Assembly: GCA_032128875.1 (NCBI GenBank)
Contig: JAVLKG010000011.1
Coordinates: 96,001-160,000 of the forward strand
Direction of reading: 5' to 3'
DNA: 64,000 bases
Source: Candidatus Melainabacteria bacterium 17Bon1m
Lineage (GTDB): Bacteria > Cyanobacteriota > Vampirovibrionia > Obscuribacterales > Obscuribacteraceae
Shown here: positions 58,153 through 64,000 of the stretch, piece after piece
Numbering within the stretch: the stretch's first letter is position 1
Layout of the letters: every line of letters begins with the position of its first letter
The notes under the pieces: generated by a model
What the model saw: only the letters and a program-made list of their open reading frames with translations
The model's database searches: none
What the model was told of the DNA's origin: nothing
Program-made: the position numbers and the translations under genes

Positions 58153-59721
58153 CTATGGTTTTGCTTTGCGGAACATATTAGCCAGCATAGCGAAAAGCCC
58201 TTTCGTTTTGCCGACTGGGAACGTGCCATGCAAAAGACCAATGCCGGCTTTTGCGACCTTTACGCGTGAATCGCCATACGGATACCACCACATTCTCTCC
58301 GAGCCTGACGGCGAGTCTATGTTGATATGTTTGATGTTGCAGAGATCTTGAAGTCCAAACTGCGAATGGCTTCTTCCGAAGCCGCTCTTTTTCAGTCCAC
58401 CCCAGGGAAGTTGCGGCGCCGCATGAGAGAAGAGGCAGTCGTTCAACAGCACTGTGCCAACGTTCAGGTCTCTTGCGATACCTTCAGCACGCGCCAAATT
58501 CTTTCCCCACACCGTGGCAGTGAGACCGAATTCACTGTCATTGGCTAGTTCTACAGCTTCGTCCTCTGTGTCTACGACCATAATCGGCAAAACAGGACCG
58601 AAGCTTTCTTTCTGCATGATAGCCATTTTGTGATTGACGCCTGTCAGTATCGTGGGTTCGTAGAAGAAGCCGCCAAGGTCATCTCGGCGGTTGCCACCAG
58701 CGATAACATTCGCTCCCAGAGCACGAGCTTCGTCTACGTGCGCGATTACCTTTTCCAACTGAATTTCATCAATCACCGGTCCCAGGTCGACTGATGGATC
58801 GCCTGGATTGCCCAGCTTAAGCTCTTTTGTGTGATGGACAATTCGTTCGATCAGAGCATCGGTTTTTTTGCCTTTGATCAAATAGAGTCGTTCAATCGAC
58901 GCACATGCCTGTCCTGCATTCGTGAATGCGCCCCAGACAATGCCTCTGGCTGTCCAATCTACCGGCGCATCAGGCAGCACAATGGCAGCGTCTTTGCCGC
59001 CCAATTCCAGAGTGACTGGCGTTAGATGAGGTGCCGCTTGTGCCATCACCTTCATGCCACCTTCAACCGAGCCGGTAAAGATGAGTTTGGCTAATTTGCA
59101 GTTTGAGAGATGCTCTCCGGTTGTGCGGTCACCTGTGATGACACTGACGACATCTTTTGGAAAACCAGCAGCCTCGAAAAGTTCTCCTATTTTGATCCCT
59201 ACCAGGGGTGACTTTTCCGAGGGCTTCAGCACAACCGTGTTGCCGAGCATCACCGCCATCAGAATTGTCATCATTGGAATAGAAAACGGATAATTCCATG
59301 GCGCTATCACGCCAATCACACCCAACGGTTCGAACGCAATCAGGCTTTGCTTGCTGGAAAGCAGCGGATTCGGAAGCTGAACCATCTGGTCTTTCAACAT
59401 TCTCTCGGCGTTTTCACTGAGCCAAACGCAGGTGTCAAGCGGACCGGTAAGTTCGGAGAGGTAGCTTTCCACTCTTGGTTTGCCGACTTCGCGGCAGATG
59501 AGGTCTGCAATCTCATCTTGCTTTCTTTCAATAACTCGGCGCAATTCGAGAATTTTGCGTGCCCGCTTGTGATATTCGAGGACGTTCCAATTCTCAAAAG
59601 CCGCCCAGCTGCGCGCCACGGCAGCTTGAACCTCTGCTTGTCCGAGCACCGGTACTTCACCCAAAACCTCTTTAGTGGCTGGGTTTATAGAAACAATCGT
59701 AGCTGTTTGACTGGCGACCAT
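58153..59721 (-). CDS. Aldehyde dehydrogenase family protein
   Basis: PWNYP, FTGS, ELGGKD, GQACAS, ESFGP; start ATG 59721. Confidence 0.92.
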   Translation of the reverse strand: MVASQTATIVSINPATKEVLGEVPVLGQAEVQAAVARSWAAFENWNVLEYHKRARKILELRRVIERKQDEIADLICREVGKPRVESYLSELTGPLDTCVWLSENAERMLKDQMVQLPNPLLSSKQSLIAFEPLGVIGVIAPWNYPFSIPMMTILMAVMLGNTVVLKPSEKSPLVGIKIGELFEAAGFPKDVVSVITGDRTTGEHLSNCKLAKLIFTGSVEGGMKVMAQAAPHLTPVTLELGGKDAAIVLPDAPVDWTARGIVWGAFTNAGQACASIERLYLIKGKKTDALIERIVHHTKELKLGNPGDPSVDLGPVIDEIQLEKVIAHVDEARALGANVIAGGNRRDDLGGFFYEPTILTGVNHKMAIMQKESFGPVLPIMVVDTEDEAVELANDSEFGLTATVWGKNLARAEGIARDLNVGTVLLNDCLFSHAAPQLPWGGLKKSGFGRSHSQFGLQDLCNIKHINIDSPSGSERMWWYPYGDSRVKVAKAGIGLLHGTFPVGKTKGLFAMLANMFRKAKP

Positions 59722-59859
59722 CTTGCAATCCTGCATATGCCGGTTCTGCCCACACGCAAAAGAACCGCCCTCTGAATTGTATCTGCCCAATCCTATAAGG
59801 TGTGCCCGGGCAATGCGGTTCATTAGCTGGCTATTTTATCTGAATGCAGCGCCAACGTT

Positions 59860-61164
59860 CTATTTGTGCCCCATTCCTTCTTTTGCTTTGGCTTCATAAT
59901 CGATACCAAGAGCCTTTAGCCCCGGTACCTTCTGGCATTCCTTCGCTTCTGCAAGCGCGTCTTCGAAGCGACCGGCTTTAATGAAAGCGTCAGCCAGGCA
60001 GCTGTGAACGACCAAAAGGCTTTGATCTCCGGCCAGGGCTTGCTCGAAATTCTTTATTGCCTCTTCTGTTTCATTTCGATGCGACGCCAATTTTCCTTTG
60101 GCCAGAAGGCAGAGCGGACGTCTCTCACCCTTCTCGCCGATCTTTTTGAGGCACAGTTCAGACTCGTCCACGTTGCCCTGGTCGCTCAGGATCATCGATT
60201 TGACCGACAAAATATCTGCGTCATCGGGCGAAGCGCTGAGCAGAACGTCTACGGTGTTACGTGCTTCATCCAGGCTGTTAGAGAAAAGTTGTCCGAGCGC
60301 TTTGGCTTTGAGTGCCGACGTCGACTTCGGATATTTATCCAGTGCTTTATTCGCGGCTTGGACAGCCTCACTGTAGGCTCCGACGGACAGCACTTCGGTT
60401 GCTAGTTGGTCGAAAAATTCAGGCGGGTCGGCATCGGAGGCGAGCAAGCGGGTCACTTCGTTCTTTAGTGCGTCTGACCTGCCTGTCACTTGCAAGCTGT
60501 GCAAAGTGCGGAATTTCGCTTTTCTTGATTGCGGGTCTAGAATTGCAGCTTTTTCTCCGCACTGTTTGGCTTTGTCCATTTCGTTGAGGCGCCCATAAAG
60601 CTCGCTCAGGCTAGACCAAGCGTCGTAGGAAGTTGGATCGATTTCTGTAATCCGCACAAACTCGTCTTTGGCTGAGGATGTCTTATCCAGCGCCATCAAG
60701 GTCAGCGCATGTTGCATGTGAGCAGCAGTAGAGTTGGGGGAAATCTGGCAGGCAATTTTCGCTTCTGCTTCGGCTTCTGCTTTGGCATTTCCCAAGCGCA
60801 AAAGAATCGTCGAAAGAAGCAGGTGAAGCTGGGTATTGTGCATGCACTTTGGCGACCATGTGCGCAGAAGGTCGGCTGCTTCGGTGTTTTTCTGTCCTGC
60901 AAACAGTGTCGCCGCTTTTGCGACTGCGTCTCGGCACCCAGGTTCGTCTTTGCCATATGACGGTGCTGCTGGTTCGGCTTCAACCTCGACTTTCTTTTTG
61001 GCAAAAGCCGGCAGGCTGGATGAAACCAATGGCAGTGCGATGGATAAAACTATTGTGGCAACGGTCGCAGAAATCGGTGAATTCGCGTGCCAGCCGTGCT
61101 TTCCGTAATTCATTGTTTTAGCAAATCCCCAATATGTACAGTCATTGAGCATAGCCCATTTCAC
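59860..61164 (-). CDS. Exported TPR repeat protein
   Basis: Signal-like LPAFA cleavage site; TPR-like helices; start uncertain. Confidence 0.78.
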   Translation of the reverse strand: MKWAMLNDCTYWGFAKTMNYGKHGWHANSPISATVATIVLSIALPLVSSSLPAFAKKKVEVEAEPAAPSYGKDEPGCRDAVAKAATLFAGQKNTEAADLLRTWSPKCMHNTQLHLLLSTILLRLGNAKAEAEAEAKIACQISPNSTAAHMQHALTLMALDKTSSAKDEFVRITEIDPTSYDAWSSLSELYGRLNEMDKAKQCGEKAAILDPQSRKAKFRTLHSLQVTGRSDALKNEVTRLLASDADPPEFFDQLATEVLSVGAYSEAVQAANKALDKYPKSTSALKAKALGQLFSNSLDEARNTVDVLLSASPDDADILSVKSMILSDQGNVDESELCLKKIGEKGERRPLCLLAKGKLASHRNETEEAIKNFEQALAGDQSLLVVHSCLADAFIKAGRFEDALAEAKECQKVPGLKALGIDYEAKAKEGMGHK

Positions 61165-61215
61165 TTCTGGGTGCCTTCATTTGCACGGGTTATCAACATG
61201 TCCTAAACTGAAGCA

Positions 61216-62388
61216 TTGGCAAAGCTGACCGAATCGACGATGGCAAATTTATTGGAAACTCGGCACCCTGCTTCGGGAAATCAAAAGCGAAATCTTTCAG
61301 GTTCGTCGAACTTGCTGCTAGTTTGTGCCTTTTGTTTGGCACTTGTTACCATGCAACCAGCGCTTGCAGACAAGGCTGACAGCAGCAGCGAAGACCTGCT
61401 TCAGAAAGCGGAAAAACTCTATCTCGAAAGAAAGATGGGTGAAGCCGCAAGTTATCTGAACACGGTCATTTCTGCCGACGCCAAGAACGGTCGTGCGCAT
61501 AATTTGCTCGGCAAGATTTATCATCGGCAAGGAAAAGTAGAACTCGCAATGGCCGAGTATCACAAAGCAATTGACAGTGATGCGCGCCTGGCAGATGCTC
61601 GTTATAACTTGGGTGTTGCACTTATTGACCAGGACAATTTCAGAGAGGCCGAGCGCTATCTTGATGATGCCGTCAGGCTTGACGGGCGCTCAGCTGAAGC
61701 TCACTACAATCTGGGACTTTGCGCCGACAATTTAGAGAAGTACGAAAAAGCGTTGGACGAGTTTCAAAAGGCAGTGAAGATTGATCCAGCGACTGCGGAA
61801 ATGCGTTATTGCCTCGGGCGCGCTTATTACAAGATGAAGATGTTCGACAAAGCCGTTGAGGAGTACAAAGCGGCGCTGAACATCAACCCGAAATATGTTG
61901 AAGCGCATAACAATCTTGGTGTCGCATATAGTGACCTGGGTAAGTATCCTGAGTCGATTGCTGAGTTTCAGATTGCTCTTAAAATAGAGCCTAATTATCC
62001 GGAAGCTCAGCGCAATCTTGGATACGCTCAAGCGCACACCAGTCTTGGTATCACTTATTTCAAGCAGGGGAATGCTCGAAAAGCGTTCGAAGAATACAGA
62101 AAGGCTATTAAGATAGATCCTGAGTTCGCCGATGCGCACTACAACCTCGGCATTTACTATCAACAGCAAGGGCAGATTACAACAGCGATTGGGCACTATC
62201 AGGCTGCAATCAAGTTCGACCCCAAAAATGCTCAGGCGCACAATAATTTGGGCGTCGCTTACTCGCGTTTGGGCAAACGCGATCTGGCTGAAGCAGAATA
62301 TCGCCAGGCTTTGAAACTGAAACCGGACTATCGCGAAGCAAATGAGAATCTGCAGTCGTTAAAACTCGGACCGGGCGCAAGAAGGTAG
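61216..62388 (+). CDS. Exported TPR repeat protein
   Basis: QPALA signal-peptide end; regular AEAHYNLG/AHNNLGVAY repeats. Confidence 0.88.
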   Translation: MAKLTESTMANLLETRHPASGNQKRNLSGSSNLLLVCAFCLALVTMQPALADKADSSSEDLLQKAEKLYLERKMGEAASYLNTVISADAKNGRAHNLLGKIYHRQGKVELAMAEYHKAIDSDARLADARYNLGVALIDQDNFREAERYLDDAVRLDGRSAEAHYNLGLCADNLEKYEKALDEFQKAVKIDPATAEMRYCLGRAYYKMKMFDKAVEEYKAALNINPKYVEAHNNLGVAYSDLGKYPESIAEFQIALKIEPNYPEAQRNLGYAQAHTSLGITYFKQGNARKAFEEYRKAIKIDPEFADAHYNLGIYYQQQGQITTAIGHYQAAIKFDPKNAQAHNNLGVAYSRLGKRDLAEAEYRQALKLKPDYREANENLQSLKLGPGARR

Positions 62389-62408
62389 GCGCCCACGTCT
62401 ATTGTCGC

Positions 62409-62535
62409 AAAAAGGCAGCACGACTACCTGCCACCAAATGAGTGCACAGAGCCCCTCCAGTTGCGCGAGGGCCCTAGGCAACACTCGCGCATAGGGCGTG
62501 GCACTCGCTTCACCGGGCAGTGCGCAAAATCCTAT
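62409..62535 (-). ncRNA. Putative unannotated ~125-nt structured small RNA
   Basis: Lies between a consensus promoter and a GGCAG/CTGCC-TTTTT terminator; internal stems TGCGCGAG/CTCGCGCA and GAGTG/CACTC; no credible ORF. Confidence 0.62.
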
Positions 62536-62541
62536 ATATGC

Positions 62542-62569
62542 ATTATACATACAATCGTATGGGTGTCAA
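62542..62569 (-). promoter_or_regulatory. Consensus sigma70 promoter
   Basis: Minus strand TTGACA-cccatacgattgtatg(16)-TATAAT. Confidence 0.75.
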
Positions 62570-62595
62570 ACAGAGTTAATGATGCAGGCGCGTTT

Positions 62596-64000
62596 TTATC
62601 TGTCTGTTTTTTTCTTCGCCGGCCTATCTGTTAGGTCTGCATCGTTGCCCTTTGCTTGATGAATTTCTACCGGGTAGCTGATTATCAATTTGCGCGGCTT
62701 CGTACCCTTTGGCGGATGCGCAACGGCGCAAAGCCAAGACCCGGTCGTGTTGCCGCGCCAGACGCACCGTCCGTTGGCATCTGCCGTCAGGTCATCGGTT
62801 ATCTCAACAGGCTTTTTTAGTGGAACCGGAAACTTGTTTTCGACAGGAGTGACACCACGATCGGTGCCTGCATAAAGAGTGACTTTTGAACCCGGGACAA
62901 CGTTGGCTATTTTTGCAACGACCTTTTCTTTTTTGAAGGCAGAGAGCACGTTTTCGGTAATCGGCACAATCCGTGATGGTAACTGCGGTCTTATTGAAGG
63001 GTGCGCTTCCAAATACTGTCTAAATGGAATTCCGACACGCTCGGGTGTGTTGACTATGTTCTTCGCATCCTTGAAGTCATAACCTTCACCGGATTGGAAT
63101 GTGTAGTTATTGATCGCGACTTTGTATTCGCTGCTCTCATCTACTGGACTGTAAGAGCCATCTTTGTCTTCAGCAAGAGCAAAAACAAGTCGCTCCCCGC
63201 GTTTTCTGGTTGGATCGTAGCCAATTTTGAGCCCATGCACATCCAGAAATCTGCCGCCTGCGGGGCCGGACACACTGTGCTCAATAGCGCCCAGCAGCGC
63301 TTTTCCTTTAATGGTTGCGAATGTGAGGCGATTGTCGAAAGGCAAAATTTCTTGAACTTTTTCAAGCGATATCGGGCCCTTTTCAATACGACCACGCATC
63401 CCACCTCTATTGTGTACGCTTATCGTTGTTCCATATGATTTGCCTGCTTCACAGAGCGCATCCGTGATTAGATCTCCCAGCGCGGAATCCCATGGATAGG
63501 ATGTCCAACGATTATCGAAGGCGTCTTCTGCTTGAGAAACTATTGTGCGGCGTAGCGGAAGAAGTGGTTCTACCTTCTTATCTATGTACGCCTTCATTGC
63601 AGGATCTTCCGGTATTTTGTCGGTGATATTGATGAGCCTGTATTTAGTGTCGGCCGCATCCATTCTGCCGTCTTTGTCAAAGGCTAGATCAAGCCGCCCA
63701 AGCGTTCGCCCGTAGCTTCCTGTCTGTACGATTATGGTTTTCGAGCTGTCATCGTGCTCTACAAAAATTGCTTTGTCTAGACGGGTGTGGCTGTGTCCAC
63801 CGATGATGACGTCAATTTCCGGAATCGCTTGAGATATTTGTTGGTCGAAGTCTGTACCGCAATGCGTCACAGCGACGATGTGATTGACGCCTTTGCTCTC
63901 TATTTCTTTGACTGTTTCTCTAACAGGAATCAGCCAGTCATCATTCACGTGCTTGACTTTTACGCCTCCCAGGGAGAGTGAAAGGCGCTCTAATTCCGGT
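62596..64000 (-). CDS. Bifunctional metallophosphatase/5'-nucleotidase (5' end outside window)
   Basis: VTHCG, DVIIGGHSHT, LGDLITDA, NRGGMRG, LPFDN; frame is open to the window edge. Confidence 0.9.
   Translation of the reverse strand, partial: PELERLSLSLGGVKVKHVNDDWLIPVRETVKEIESKGVNHIVAVTHCGTDFDQQISQAIPEIDVIIGGHSHTRLDKAIFVEHDDSSKTIIVQTGSYGRTLGRLDLAFDKDGRMDAADTKYRLINITDKIPEDPAMKAYIDKKVEPLLPLRRTIVSQAEDAFDNRWTSYPWDSALGDLITDALCEAGKSYGTTISVHNRGGMRGRIEKGPISLEKVQEILPFDNRLTFATIKGKALLGAIEHSVSGPAGGRFLDVHGLKIGYDPTRKRGERLVFALAEDKDGSYSPVDESSEYKVAINNYTFQSGEGYDFKDAKNIVNTPERVGIPFRQYLEAHPSIRPQLPSRIVPITENVLSAFKKEKVVAKIANVVPGSKVTLYAGTDRGVTPVENKFPVPLKKPVEITDDLTADANGRCVWRGNTTGSWLCAVAHPPKGTKPRKLIISYPVEIHQAKGNDADLTDRPAKKKTDR

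Noticed and set aside
62359-62550. 63-aa minus-strand ORF over the putative sRNA
   Set aside because: Starts inside the promoter, has no RBS and runs through the terminator

Overview
A ~50% GC bacterial chromosomal segment, mostly housekeeping genes: ssb, yqeK-nadD-alr, two HU genes, tRNA-Gly, tig-clpP-clpX-lon, upp, dxr, thrS, mnmE, rimP-nusA-ylxR-infB-rbfA-truB, ybeY-dgkA and a cysteine desulfurase. SSB and ClpX look cyanobacterial, but there are no photosynthesis genes, a full Lon is present and TPR orphans are common. I infer a non-photosynthetic Cyanobacteriota lineage (Vampirovibrionia/Melainabacteria, possibly Obscuribacterales). I saw no CRISPR array, integrase or transposase. The most unusual element is a three-gene cluster at 22.1-28.5 kb of proteins without signal peptides, built from a repeated EF-hand/atypical-EF unit. 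Two of them carry LysM and one ends in an intact calpain-like (C2) Cys protease. Other notable items: an orphan structured small RNA with a consensus sigma70 promoter and terminator (62.4-62.57 kb, minus strand), a REP-doublet element with compensatory changes, a switch-like leader at 4.45 kb, a split Rieske oxygenase, a likely 5-aminovalerate/glutarate catabolic operon, an HU with a histone-H1-like tail followed by a repeat/palindrome block, an orphan followed by a TPR triplet, and a Tyr/Arg/Asp/Gly-rich low-complexity protein. All calls are from reading motifs by eye; no database searches were run.
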